From NCBI GenBank assembly GCA_024137785.1, contig JAHRHZ010000267.1:21537307-21601306 (forward strand): a stretch of 64,000 nucleotides of DNA, read 5' to 3'. Made by a program: the position numbers and the translations under genes. Positions 51,781 through 64,000 of this stretch are shown here, piece after piece. Position 1 is the stretch's first letter. Each line of letters begins with the position of its first letter. The DNA is from Ginglymostoma cirratum. Lineage: Eukaryota. Below the pieces are notes generated by a model, which saw only the letters and a list, made by a program, of their open reading frames with translations, was not told the origin of the DNA and did no database searches.

Positions 51781-51837
51781 GATGTGAAATCATGTGAAAC
51801 TTTGAAGCATCGTAAACTATAAGGTGTATCGTTTAGT

Positions 51838-52705
51838 GAGATAAATTTTTGTTAAGCAAACTTATTGAGGGATATGGACCAATGGGCCAAAGATAGGTAG
51901 AGAGACTTGGGCTACATCTCAGCCATGATCTCACTGAATGGCAGATCAGACTCGACGGATTGAATGGCCTACTCCTGTTTCTATGTTCCTTTGGTGGAAT
52001 GGCTAGAGAGGTGGCAGATGAAGTTCAATGTGGAGAAGTGTGAGGTGATACAGTTTGGTTAGAAGAACATGAAGAGTCAATATAAAGGAAAGGGTAAAAC
52101 TCTAAAGCGAGCGCAGGAATAGAGAGACCTGGGTGCTTTTAGGCGTAAACGTAACAGGACAGGTTGAGAGTAGTTAACAAAGTGTACACTATCCTTGGGT
52201 TTATTAATAGTGATATGTATCACAAGAGCAAGGAGCTTATTTTAAGGTTCTGAGCCTAGTTGGACCTCGGCTAGAGTATGGTGTCCAGCTCTGGGCACCA
52301 CACACAGGAAGGATGTAAATGCATTGGACAGAGTACAGAAGAGGTGTGAGAACAGTTTCAGGGGAGAGGTCTGGACAGATTTAGAAGGGGGAAAATGGTC
52401 CCATTCCTGAAAGGAAAGAGAAAGAGAGGGCAAAGACTTAAAGTAACTAGTGAAAAGAAGCATAAGTTATTTGAGTAAAAACTTTCATGCAGTGAGGCTG
52501 GAATGCATTTCCTGAGAGTGCAGTGGAAGCAATTGAGTTGAAGCATTCAAAAAGAAAGGAGATGGCCATTTGCAAAGGAACAATGTGCACGGGGGAAAGG
52601 TGGGAGAATGTCATGAGATGAGATACTCATTGAAGAGCTAGCAAAGACACAAAAGGCTGAATAGCCCCCTTCTGCAATGTAACAATTACGTAACCATGTG
52701 ATTCT
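51838..52705 (+). mobile_element. Two CR1 3' pieces (tail 51838-51990; RT C-terminus plus tail 51995-52705)
   Basis: TGAATGGCCTACTCCTGTTTCTATGTTCC; then WLERWQMKFNVEKCEVIQFG, LEYGVQLWAPH. Confidence 0.88.
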
Positions 52706-53579
52706 AGTTTGTTTGTTTAAAACATTAAAGTTTCAAACGTATACATATACTTCTTTATACAAAGCCATATCAAATACAGTACAGCTACTTTAGATCTGAC
52801 TAAACTATGAATTTAAATGTTTAATGGTTCTTTAGCTGCACAGAAGCTCAACTAGACTTGTTTCTTGTAAAGATATACCAAAAGTTCACCAACCAATATG
52901 ACCACATCAGCTTATTTTGTATTGAGAACGACTGTAATGAATAATAAAGGTGTCCTTCAATAGTGCTGCTATGTTTCTGGTGGTTCTTTGGAATCCATAT
53001 CTCATTACAATGATGCAGCGCTGGTTATCAAATGCTTGTTATCGCTAATAACAGAAAATGCAGAAAGGGCAACTATGTAACTCCTATCTGCCACAAGGAC
53101 CACGCGATCAGACTGGATGAGAATAAGGAAACAAGAGATGGAGCCTGGCGTCAACCTCATACGTATGCAGGTCTGTGGGTAGTGAATCCTTGGATAATGA
53201 GGATTGAATATGTTAACCACTTCGCAACAATTGCTTAAACAAGCAAAAGTCTACTAATGCAGTGTTTGTATGGACAAACAAGGCTGACCTCAAAACAGTG
53301 GGTAATATTTTTAATGTTAATGCAGAGTGAGGTAGTTGACACTTTGCTTACACTGAAAACTTACTAAAATTTAAGTAAATGATACATGGAGAAATTTTTA
53401 CTGCTTATTTTGCCGGATTGCAAATATATTAGGTCAACATGAAGTGAGAGCAGTGCAGAAGGACTTATTTGGAGTCAATTGGCTCAAATCCAGGACATTG
53501 CTGCAGGATTTGCTTAGCATTATGTCAAACCATCCTCAGCTCAATCATAATGTCAGAACTGGGGATGTTCACTCTTGAT

Positions 53580-54948
53580 TGTAGTTATCATTGTACTTGG
53601 GTCTGAAGGGTTAATACTCAGTTCGGTAAGCACCACCCTCTGTGACAATGTTAGTCAGAGTGAAGAAAGAGCTTGTAGGAGACACACTAAGGCTCATATG
53701 CTACTAAAGTGACTGCAGTAATCTAGACAATATTCATATAACATGTGAATAGTTGCAGTAAACTAATATTGTTTTCTCAACAAGACTCTTCCAGTTAGAC
53801 CAGCAAGGTCAATATCCGAACACACACTGGACCACTTCAGACTTGAAGGAACCCACACATAACATCGTGGCAGCTGCAAGAAAGAGGCAACAACTACACT
53901 GTCTATGCCACTGGAGGTAATAAAAACATCAGCAACTTAATTGAGTCAGAGCACGGTGAACACAGTGAACAACTACTCAAGACAAATTCACGTCTGACTG
54001 AAGTGGTTAAGAAGGGACAAGTTCAACCAAAATATCCAATCTCTTCACCTTCTAACGAAGACTCCCCAGTAATAATAAAGGGTATTATATCAATTCAAGT
54101 ATGAATCTCCAGATAACATAACAAAGGACATGAACAAGCTCACGTCACCAAAATTTAATCGCTAAAAGAGGACAAGAAATGTTTAATAAGTTGAAGTGTT
54201 AAGTTTATTTACTTCATCACAGATTCACTAATGGGATGAGAATCAAATTCCACTGACACAAATTTAAGGTATGGTGCACGCACCTCCATAAAAGACATCA
54301 CTGAAAGACAAATGACATGCAAAATACTGAAAAGAAAACGAATTGCTTGCTACAGCAGGGACAGTTCTAACAAATTGATGTACATCACTGAAGCTCTCTG
54401 TGGAAAAAACATAAGATCACTCAGTTCAAAACAGAACTATAGACCATCAAGAAGGCAATCCAAGTCAACTACTGTCTACCCAACAAATTACAATTCTTCC
54501 AAGTTGAAAGAGAACATGTTCAGGGAAAAAAGCAAAACATCCAAGTGGTGTGAATTTGTAAAGTCAATGACTTGGTAGGGAGATGGAGGACTATTAAATG
54601 CAAATATATAGACAACCACACAGCATAACAATTATGAGTTAAAAATAAAACGATTTGTTGCATACAGGGCTCAAAGAGTTCCTACTTAATTGAATTCAGT
54701 AAGCACCATCTACTGTGATGAAGTTATCAGGAGTTGGTGAGAATAACGAAACAGCTGGAATAAAACAGAACGGAAGCTAATGTGCTCCCAACAGTTCACT
54801 TCAGTGATGTAGTCACGTTCACGCAAACTGTACATAGTTGCAGTTATTTAATAAAGTTTATACGTTTTCTCAACAAGATTCTTCTGGAAAGGTGGATATC
54901 CTAATCCACACTGAGCTATTTCAGGCCTGGTGAAACTCACACAATGCA
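53580..54948 (+). mobile_element. Internally deleted Gypsy LTR element with two diverged LTRs (~53580-53864 and ~54656-54948)
   Basis: Direct repeats GTAAGCACCA..CTGTGA, ATAGTTGCAGT..GTTTTCTCAACAAGA(C/T)TCTTC, AAGGT..ATATCC.AA..CACACTG; PBS-like TCGTGGCAGCTG at 53865; internal EALCGKNIRSL resembles an integrase C-terminal motif. Confidence 0.8.
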
Positions 54949-54964
54949 TAGATCCTCAAAACAA

Positions 54965-55725
54965 TGAAGCAGTTTATGTCTGGGTGCTGTAAGATCCAGA
55001 TAACAGTCAGGGTTGGAGTAAGAAGCAGCAGAAAAATACATGCCACACAAGTCCCATGTAATTGCCAGGTTCAGCAAGAATCTAACCATCTCCACTGGAT
55101 ATTCAATGGGATGACTATTGCTGAATCCCCTACCATTAGCATTCTGGGGTCAATTTGACCAGAAACATAACTTGGCCAGCCATATGCTGTGGCTACTAAA
55201 GTGGGTGAGAGACTGGGAATTCCTTGGTGAATGACTGATCTCGTTTTCCCAAAGCCCATCCAGCATCTACAACACATAGGTCAAGGTGTGATGGAAAACT
55301 CTCCATTTCCCTGGATGAGCTCTGATGACACAAAATAAAACACCACCCAAAGAAAAGTCTACTTGATCAGAATTCCATCCATCACCTTGACCATTCACTC
55401 TCTTCATCACCAGCAGTGCATGTACCACCTACAAAATTTGGGGCAGCAACTCAAAAATCCTTCTGGGCTACATCCTATACACCTGACGTCTACACCTAGA
55501 TAGATAAGGGTAGCAGATGCATAGGCATCTTCAAGGTGCCACCACACTGCCATATATTGTTATTCTTTCATCTTCACAGATCAAATTTCGACTTAACAGC
55601 ACCCAGGTAGTATGTACATTACCCAGATTGCAGATGTTCAAAGTGCAGCTAACCACCATTTTCCTGAGGCTTGAAGAATAGTTGCTGGCCATAGCTTTCA
55701 TGCCTAAATCAAATGAATTAATAAC
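54965..55725 (+). mobile_element. CR1/L2-clade LINE 3' portion (second family)
   Basis: FNGMTIAESPTISILG; GACCAGAAACATAACTTGGCCAGCCAT; homologous to 41868-42530. Confidence 0.88.
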
Positions 55726-56049
55726 GTTTTTCAACAAAAAAGATTTAGCAAGAAATTCACTGGCATAAAATGCAACATCACTTTGTGGCCAAAGGACCCA
55801 GAATGGTCTGTGACCTGAGAAGCCCAAGCGGTGTACACCACTGACAAATGCACATAGCTGTGTCCTACCCAAACACATGAAACAGCTCTCTCTTAAGAGC
55901 CCAGCTAATGGTGCCAGGACCTGCATTTACCAATGTTAATTACAGGATCAGGTACCACAAACAAATAAATTAAATTTGTTGAACTTCTTCCAATGAAAAG
56001 TAACTAACAGTACCGGGGTATGTTTCTACAAGGATTTTGGTATATTTGT

Positions 56050-56950
56050 TCAGGATTTTTGCCACATCCTCTCATTAGCAGTAATATGTTTGGGGAGAGT
56101 AGTCACAATTATTGTGTCTCTGCTGAACAAGAGGGAGATGGAGCAGACACTGTAGAGAAGGAATTCAGAGGTGGACTCCAACTTGCTTTTCAACAAGGAC
56201 AGGAAGATAGCTGCTGTCCAGAAGTAGCAATGCATCCAGCATCTTGATGTACATTATCTGTGTTCTCCTTATATAACCTCATCAAGATCTTCATTTGTGT
56301 ACTCTGCAATGTAACTTGTCTGTGACCTTGCCTCCTAGACAGCTGGCAAAGGAAATACCCCTCACTCTTATACTCATCGAGCTACAGCCCACTTTTGGCA
56401 ACTGGTTCAACACATGCTGGCCCCAATCCTACACCAGACGCCAAGATAAATACAATTTGAGTATCTGAGCTGGTGGCTGTAAATATGAAGTGATGAGGCC
56501 TCTTCATTACGGCCGTTCTAATACTCCTCCTCCTGAGGCTTCTGGAGCTGGGAGTAGCAGATTTTGATTGTGTAAATGAGACACATGGAAAGGGATGTTT
56601 GTGAGAGAGAAGAGGACTGGGTTGTAAAGCAATGAGGTCCATTCTCACATCAGCAGCTTTCTCATCAATGCAGTTCACAGAATGAGGTGCACTGAAAGTT
56701 GAGTAGGTGCATGAGGCACAGACATATCATCATTCTCAATACCCTCAGTAATGTCAGCTACTGCATTGCAGCTGGTACCACGTTGTAGACAGCCATTTCT
56801 TTCATGAAGCTACAAAGATACAGGTATTCTTCCATCAACAATTCTGCTCTGACCTTTGTATCAAGTGCGATACTAATTGTCCAACAACAGAGAGCGAGGA
56901 ATGTCAGCAGCCCTGCAACACTATATCTGGATAAAGCCTCTGCCATAGCT
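56050..56950 (-). mobile_element. Harbinger transposase remnant
   Basis: Minus strand LMEEYLYLCSFMKE (cf. LSEEQC..LRF.KE), TQLSVHLI..TAL (cf. SQ.SVHR.I..VT.AL), LESTSEFLLYS (cf. LDRSGG.LQYS), in the expected order but very degenerate. Confidence 0.45.
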
Positions 56951-57274
56951 GAGTAGCTCTTTCATCACTGTAGGTGAGGTGCCAACTTAGAAATTAATGT
57001 TAGAGCCAGGCTTGTAGGGGATCTAAAGAAAAAAGAACATCTGGGCCAGACTTTGAACAAAGGCAATAAATGACATGGAAAGAGGCCTGTGGATGAGACC
57101 ATGGCTACGGAAATGAAAATGAGACAGTTGCAAATTGCCAGGAAGGTTTCTTTCAAGGTTCACGAGATTTCAACAAGATCTCGACCATGGCTACAATATT
57201 CATAGAGTCAGTAATTTAGATGCTTAAATCTAAGTGTCCCTATTTCAGACAGCGTGGCTGTGGCTAAGTTGTTG

Positions 57275-57586
57275 TGATTGTAGTCACAATGTCACTGGAC
57301 TAGAAATCCAGAGGCCATGGCGACTGGAGGAGTTTAAATTTAATTCATAATTCTGGAATCAAAAATTAGTAATGGTGCGCATGAAACTATCAACAAGTGT
57401 TGTGAAAAAAAAACTATTTGGCTCACTAATGCTCTTTAGAGAAGGAAATTTACCATCTTTCCCTCATTTGGCCCAGATGCAACTCCAGGCAGATATAATG
57501 CGGTTAAGCTCTCAATTTTGGTCAAGAACAGGTAAGGATAGGTGACAAATGCTGGCAGTGCCCATATCCCAGGAAAGAATAATAAA
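57275..57586 (+). mobile_element. tRNA-derived SINE with CR1-like tail
   Basis: TGTCACTGGACTAGAAATCCAGAGG..CACTAATGCTCTTTAGAGAAGGAAAT..AAATGCTGGC..CCCATATCCCAGGAAAGAATAA; homologous to 7718-8020. Confidence 0.82.
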
Positions 57587-58214
57587 CATCATAGGCAAGG
57601 GTTAACAGCCATAATGCTCCAAATCACATCCATGTATTGAGACAAGGTCTTGGTAGACCTACAGCTAGTTTATGAGTGTGGAGATCTTCAAATGTGCACA
57701 TAATAGGTATGGAAATCAGCTGATGTTATCGAGCAGCATGACCAAGAGTTGAACAGTCAGGTTGCAAGAACGGAACATGTGAAATTAGAGTAAAAGAGTT
57801 GATTAAATGACTCTACTGCGGGCGTCTAGTGCCCGCAGTAGAAACAAAAGTCAAATTCACAACTTACTTGTACCACTGATACAGCTACAGCACTGTCTTT
57901 CATCTTGGAAGAGGAGTCAATGAATTCCCAATGTCACATTTCTATACACAACACTAGTGTGAAGCCAAATAGTTATTCCAAAGCAGCATTCCAGTTTTAG
58001 CTGGACATGATTAGCAGCCATTGGTAGTGACAGGAGGAAACAATGTCTCCTTAATAGGGAGGAATTAATTGAAGGAATTACAGTTAAACTGAGCTGAGTT
58101 ATTCACAGGAAGGATCAATAAGATTCCATCAGTCATTGAGGAATTGCCTTGCACATCATTCGCTGGAAACAGAAAAACTGACAAATGGAGAGCAGGAAAA
58201 TCTCTGAATGATAC

Positions 58215-58370
58215 AAATTTAAGGAGGCACTTAGACAGTCATGTGAACAGGCAAGAAATAGAGGGGTATGGGCAAAGTGCAAGCATTTGAGATTATTTTA
58301 GAATGGCATAATGGTTGGCACAGATATGATGGGCCGAAGGGCCTGTTCCTGTGCCATACTGTCCTATGTG
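58215..58370 (+). mobile_element. CR1 3' tail
   Basis: GATGGGCCGAAGGGCCTGTTCCTGTGCCATACTGTCCTATG. Confidence 0.88.
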
Positions 58371-58762
58371 CTAACAATGGCTATCTGCAATTGAACGCCT
58401 GTTGTCTAAGTCAGTGCAAGGCTCCAGCATTCAAACTGGATCCTGCTACTGCACTGTTAGTCATCCAGCAGGACTTTCTAAGATGGCGCCCTTTTTTATC
58501 TCCAATTTGTCTTGAGCCTACCTTTGCTAGTACCATGAGAGGAGACACTACTGCCAGTGTCAGCTGCTGTTTGCAGTCCATACTAGCAAAGTTGAATGGA
58601 GGAGTTTGGTGCAACTTACTGTGCTGAAATCCTTCTGATGAGGTGGGTGGATCAATACTGTGTCTTATCCACTTGGATCTGAATGGGCATGATTAAATTT
58701 TATGCCCAAGATCTCCTGCTAGAATGCTAGCTAGAATGTGCAGGATGTGTAGAATGTGAAAA

Positions 58763-58893
58763 TTTTCTGAAGAAGGGTCTAGGCCCGAAACGTCAGCTTT
58801 CCTGCTCCTTTGATGCTGCTTGGCCTGCTGTGTTCATCCAGCTCTACACCTTGATATCTCAGATTCTCCAGCATCTGCAGTTCCTACTATCTC
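58763..58893 (+). mobile_element. Penelope terminal repeat
   Basis: Near-identical to the right arm of the 46.8 kb fold-back; ends GCATCTGCAGTTCCTACTATCTCT. Confidence 0.92.
58764..58797 (+). ncRNA. Minimal hammerhead ribozyme motif (Penelope type)
   Basis: CTGAAGA (58767-73), AGGGTCTAGGCCC, GAAA (58787-90), CGTC (58791-94); stem I very weak. Confidence 0.62.
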
Positions 58894-59238
58894 TGGTAGA
58901 TGATCTTGTTAAGTTAACTAAACATTTCTTTAAATGATCTTGCATTCTTGTCTGGCTTCTTTGAATATTGATACAAACTCAGGCCAGACTTTGAGGTAGC
59001 TATATGCAATGGCAAGGCTACAAAGCTGAATAACGTCTGATCTCTTACTGGAACTCTAACACATAACCACTGAGGTCATAATGTTTTCACTGCTCACCTC
59101 AGAAGCCCATCTACAAACCTATCTTTACACTGGGGATATGGACAACACTAAAAAGGTGACATCTGCTGCCTCCCACTAGTTACTCTGTGAACATTAGGAA
59201 TCAACTTCATAGTGTGGTACTCAAGCCCTTGTATGCTA

Positions 59239-59420
59239 GACCAAGTAAGGATAATACAAGATAGACATGAACCATTTAGATTTTTATATCAATTCATCAA
59301 ACTTTAATCGTTTTGTCTGGAGTCCAGGAGAACCAGATTTATTGAGTTCAATTTCAAAGCTTACAGTGATTGTGTGTGAATTCATGGCCTCTGAGATACT
59401 GATCCAGCATCATAATGACA
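59239..59420 (-). mobile_element. Degenerate SINE (family of 7718-8020)
   Basis: AGACCAAGTAAGGATA..GAACCATTTAGATTTTTAT..CCAGATTTATTGAGTTCAATTTC. Confidence 0.55.
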
Positions 59421-59589
59421 CGTATCTCTGCATGCAGCTAATTTTGTTAAGATGAACAAATCCCTTGGCCAGACAGTTCATTTTCTAGGATCAAAGAAGA
59501 CTACAGAAGAAGTTTGTGGGATGTTTCGTGAAGAAGCCATTATCCATTAGTATGGTGCTGCAAAACCAGAATGAAACAGTTGCATACAT

Positions 59590-60000
59590 ACAAATGGACC
59601 AATTAGCTGCAGAGGTGAAGGCCATTCATTCTGCTCTGCCATCTAATAAGATCACGGCTGTTTGCGTCCTGAATTCCATATTCAAATTTATCCCCGGAAC
59701 GTTTGATTCCCCTACCTATCAGGGATCTATCTAAAAAATATTCATGACCCCTGCCTCCACCGCCTTCTAAGACTGAAAAATCCAAAGTCACACAACCCTC
59801 TGGAGGAAGAAAATATTCTCCTCATCTCTGTCTGAAAAGGGTGTCCCCTTATTTTCACTCTGTTTCTGGACTCACTCACAAAAGTAAACATCCTTTCATG
59901 GTCCACCTTGTCAAGACCGTTCAGAATCTTATAAATTTCAATTAAGTCACCCCGCCTCACCTAAATTCCAGGGAAAACAAGCCCTGCCTGTCCGATCTTT
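59590..60000 (-). mobile_element. CR1 3' portion
   Basis: ORF RRGDLIEIYKILNGLDKVDHERMF..KIRGHPFQTEMRRIF. Confidence 0.92.
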
Positions 60001-60854
60001 TAAAATCGAGCATGGGATTAGGGCGGGGTTTGAATCCTAATGGGCTTCCCACAAGAGACTACTGATTCAAGTTCACTTCATTTTGAACTGCAGCATACTG
60101 ATTTTAAACATACTGGCATGCTCCCATTCCCAATGTGCTCAGACCAAAGTCAAAATTGTTTTCTGAGCTCTATGATATCGTCAGATACTAATTCACGTTC
60201 GTGAATTAGGACCCTGGCTGCCCAGAGGTGTCCATAGAAACTGGAAATGGCTAGAGACAGGTAGCTTTGTAAGAAAGTGACCAGACTTTCTTAACTGACC
60301 ACAATTCAATTTACATTAAAACAGCTTGGTTTTCACTGGTCCAGTCGGATCAAAATCCCTTGAATCCCTATCTAAAAGAAGGATTACATTTGATTGAGGC
60401 AACTAAAGGTGAATCAGTGTAATGTCAATTACAGTAAACTTTGTTTTAACCAGCACCTATGAACTGGCACTCACAATTAACCATCAAAAATTGTGTGAAA
60501 AAACCATCAAAAAAACCACCCCAAATACCGTGAAGTTTACTGTATTATTCTGTCCCATTATGGTAGTTTTTAAAATTTATTTAACTCAATGTAAATATAA
60601 TTATTGTTCAATCGAATGGACACACGAAATATCAAAACTTGATTCAACTGAGTCAATTTCTCCTCCGATACCATTATCTACCACGATGTCCGAGTAGTCA
60701 GTTGAGGGTCCAAGTCAGAAGGCACTCTGCTGAAAAGTTTTATTTGAAGCAAAGTTGCGTTATTATTTAAGTGATGCTGTAAATAAAGTATAACAGTGAT
60801 GTGTATACCCCTCGAAATACATTTCTATTACTTAGTGTGCATTTTTACATTGAT

Positions 60855-60939
60855 CGTGTGGACCTCTTGATTATCCAGAATATTTGATCAACCAGCACAC
60901 TCCTGGTCCCATCGGTGCCAGTTAGTAAAAAGTTTGCTG
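60855..60939. mobile_element. Short Tc1/Tigger-like MITE remnant
   Basis: GTGGACCTCTTGATTATCCAG ... CCAGTTAGTAAAAAGTTTGCTG imperfect inverted ends. Confidence 0.45.
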
Positions 60940-61142
60940 TGTTTATAAATGAATCCAAGGGAAGGCGGGGCGGTATCTTTGTGACAATATTTTCATCAGA
61001 AACAGCAGAATGTATATTTGAGGGAGAAAAATATTGCCTGGCAAGTCCCTGAATTCTCAGTGGATGTCGGAAGAAACACTTCTAATCAAACTGAAAGCCT
61101 TCAGAACAAAGGATAAAATAGGGGATTAGATAAGAAAATTCT

Positions 61143-61820
61143 GAAATGGGGCTTCTTCAAAGGGCCAGTATTTGGATCCTTGTTGCTTTTAGTCTTACAT
61201 ACAAGGTAAAGTAAAGCAGCAATGTTAGTTTCATTGAATTTGCTGATAATGTAAACAAATAGTACTAGAGTTATATAGAAATGTTTGAATTGATGTACAC
61301 TGGGTGGAAAAATGGCAACTGAAATTTAACACAGAGGTGTAAAGTAGTTGAAAACATGTCACGCAGTGATTGAAATTAATATCGAGCCAATTTTATAAAA
61401 CAAACATCCAACAGGACGTTGGAAATATACAAACAAAACAATGGACAGTGTACAAAAGTTATACCGTGGTTTTATAATGTCATGTCAATAGTACTGCATT
61501 TTGTCTTGGTGAAACAAAAATATGCAGACACTGGAGGGAGTGCAGAAAAGTGAGACTACACTAATAACCAAGAAATAATAATCAAGATCATGTTATCCTT
61601 AATATATAAAATTGTAATACATAGTTTTAACCTGAGTCCAGAATATTAATTTAAAGGAAGCTGGGGAAATGAGCGAAAGTACAGAAATTTAAAGTAGTAA
61701 AAAGTAAATTCAGAATATATTAGGATGAACTCAGAATTTGTTTTGAAAAGAATTGCATACCAGATAGGGTAACTGAGACAAAATTATATGCTAAGTGCAA
61801 ACTGCAAATTGCGTGTTTTA
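61143..61820 (+). mobile_element. Ancient CR1 RT fragment
   Basis: GGGCCAGTATTTGGATCCTTGTTG (GSVLGPLL-like), GAATTTGCTGATAAT (FADD-like), TGGCAACTGAAATTTAAC (WQLKFN), CTGGAGGGAGTGCAGAAA (LEGVQK). Confidence 0.7.
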
Positions 61821-64000
61821 ATGGATGACTCAGGGGACAAAAGTGAAGAGCTTTGTTTTAATACATCTGCCTTCTTCCGATCCTTTTTCTAAATGAAATT
61901 ACTTTAGAGGTGGTATTTTTTAGCATTGCATCACCAATGAAGAAATCTATTTCACTTCTAGATTTAAATTAGAAGTAAATTAAACTGCGGACAATCGCCA
62001 ATTTCCAGCGCCTACAATTATGTTAGTCAATGTTGCTACAATGCATATATTTAAATCTTTTTGATTTTTAAGGTTATAAAAGTGAAACAAGTTATATTAC
62101 TTCATGTAGCTTGTTCCCATTTTTGTCTGACCACAGTTGAATTTACATTAAACCTCCAATTTTGTCATCATGCTGCTATTGTATCCTACTTTGGTCAGAT
62201 AAGACAAAATGACAAGAGAATAACTCTTTTACTATCACCCTCCAAAAAAAATTGTCTTTAATAGTGATCAAGTATATATTCTTATCAACTGTGAACTTGT
62301 AATGACTTTAGATTACAGTTCTCTATACCTGATTAATTACAATTACTGTGGTGTATTGAAGCTGTATTTATTTTTCTTATCATTGCATATCACTTTACAC
62401 AGGCTTTTCATCAAAGAGGCAAAACCAGTCAGTAAGCTGGTAGTTAACATGGTTCCACTGACCTGAGGCATTTTTTCCAGTTAATAAACCCTGAAAGAAA
62501 GGTTCTTTTTAATTCTTGTCACTGACAAAAAATGTTGTACAATTACACCAGTGTTCCATCACATATATCAAGGAGTCCTATTTACTCACAATCTCCAGCT
62601 GCATAATGCACAATAGTATGATTGTCTCTGTGAGAATTTTTAAACAAAACCTTTTCAAAGGGCCAAGATCAAAAAGTAAAATTAATAGATGTTTTGCAAA
62701 GGTCGTACTCAGAGAAACTGGAACACAGAAGATGAAAGAGAGTCACTTACCATGCAAAGAAGTATAAATCTTGCTCTCCACCTTAGCCAAATGGTCTCAA
62801 GTTTTAACGTTAAAGACAACATTACGCTTCTTGACAAAAATCCTCCTCACATGCATCGGCTATGTTGTTGTTTGCAAAACAGTTCAGCCCAGATTTTGTT
62901 TTTGAATTTAGAAATAAAGCAAATGAGGATATCAAATTGTTAGGCAACATTCTTTGAAATCTGTGAATCATAATCTATGAATCAGATTCTTTGATGGTGT
63001 CTGTTTGAATTTTGTATCTTGTGCAGTTTTCCACAGAGATTTAATTTTCTCCTCTGTGTCTTATAGTTAGCAGTCTGGTTAACTTGTTTGTGCTAACATA
63101 TTTAATGCTGTCATTAACTGACAGGTTAACAAACACCAACGGTAATTCCACCCAAAGTGCATCAAATAGTGTCCTAAAAAACCCACAGAGGAAATTAAAT
63201 TCCAGAATGTTAAAATGGTCTTCCGTTACATTGTTTGTTATTAAATCAGCACCTGCATATAGCTATTTTTTAAATTAGTAATTTAGTTTAGTGGCTTATC
63301 TTGTTCAGGTACAAATCCACCAAATGTAATTGTTTCCATATTTTCAAACTTCTCATCTGACCTCTTAAAACAAGGATTATTACTTTCATTGCAGATCTCA
63401 GCTTCAAAAGATTAAAACAGCTTTAGGACTGAAGGACCTCTTCACTCTCCCATATATTTAGGATGTTATAATGGAATAACTTAATTGTCCTTCATAAAGC
63501 TAAAAAGGAAACGTTTACAAACCATTTCAGTGCTTAAATTTTTCTCAAAAATATCTTTTCATTTTTCAAGGTGGCTGATACTGCAGCATTACATATTAAG
63601 ATCAAGGAAAATTTGTATTCGCTCAAATTTAACTCAGACAGGCCTGTTGCTAGGTGGCTGACTTTATGGCTCCTGGCCAGGCCTGTTGTTCCACGTGCCT
63701 ATACAAAAATGAGTTGACCTATAACATAGGAATAGCTTTCCAGGCAGTCCAGGGACACTGCACCCAAAGCATTGGGAATACCAGGCTGCGGCTTTACCTG
63801 ACAGAAGAACGTAATGGGGTTGTCAGCTACTCTTTCAGTGTCAGGACATATTCCAGGTTGGGAGGGAAGGCCTGAACCAGAGGAATGCCAAGATCTTTTA
63901 GAATAGCTGTCACTGGGGAACCACACCATGCCAATTTGAAATGGGTCCTGTTTGTCTGCTGCTCCTCTTCTTCAGTTTTATTATGGCAGCCCTCAATTTA

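Noticed and set aside
53328-53345. let-7-like TGAGGTAG seeds (also ~14822 and ~58992) and miR-92-like TATTGCAC (~36932)
   Set aside because: Only the seed matches; the mature sequence and precursor hairpin are absent

Overview
Repeat-dominated, CpG-depleted, AT-rich vertebrate intronic or intergenic DNA. The repeat families (CR1/HER1-type LINEs with ...GGGCCTGTACTGTGCTGTACTGTTCTATGTTCTA tails, tRNA-derived SINEs, Penelope terminal repeats) point to a cartilaginous fish, probably a shark; this assignment is from recall, not a search. I recognise no host protein-coding exon, and nearly all listed ORFs are chance or TE-derived. Main contents: a decayed Gypsy gag-pol (8.1-12.9 kb) with a SINE and a younger ~1.9 kb CR1 nested inside; a separate LTR at 13.1-14.0 kb; an internally deleted two-LTR element at 53.6-54.9 kb; many CR1, L2 and RTE fragments; Harbinger-like Myb and transposase remnants and MITEs; and several Penelope-like (PLE) terminal repeats, often arranged as fold-backs. 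Two PLE copies keep an intact minimal hammerhead ribozyme core (CUGANGA...GAAA-CGUC). The 400-N gap lies inside one of these fold-backs and is probably an assembly artefact. Several TE-free islands are candidate conserved non-coding elements. Element boundaries are by-eye estimates, typically +/-20-50 bp. I found nothing that is clearly a previously undescribed system.
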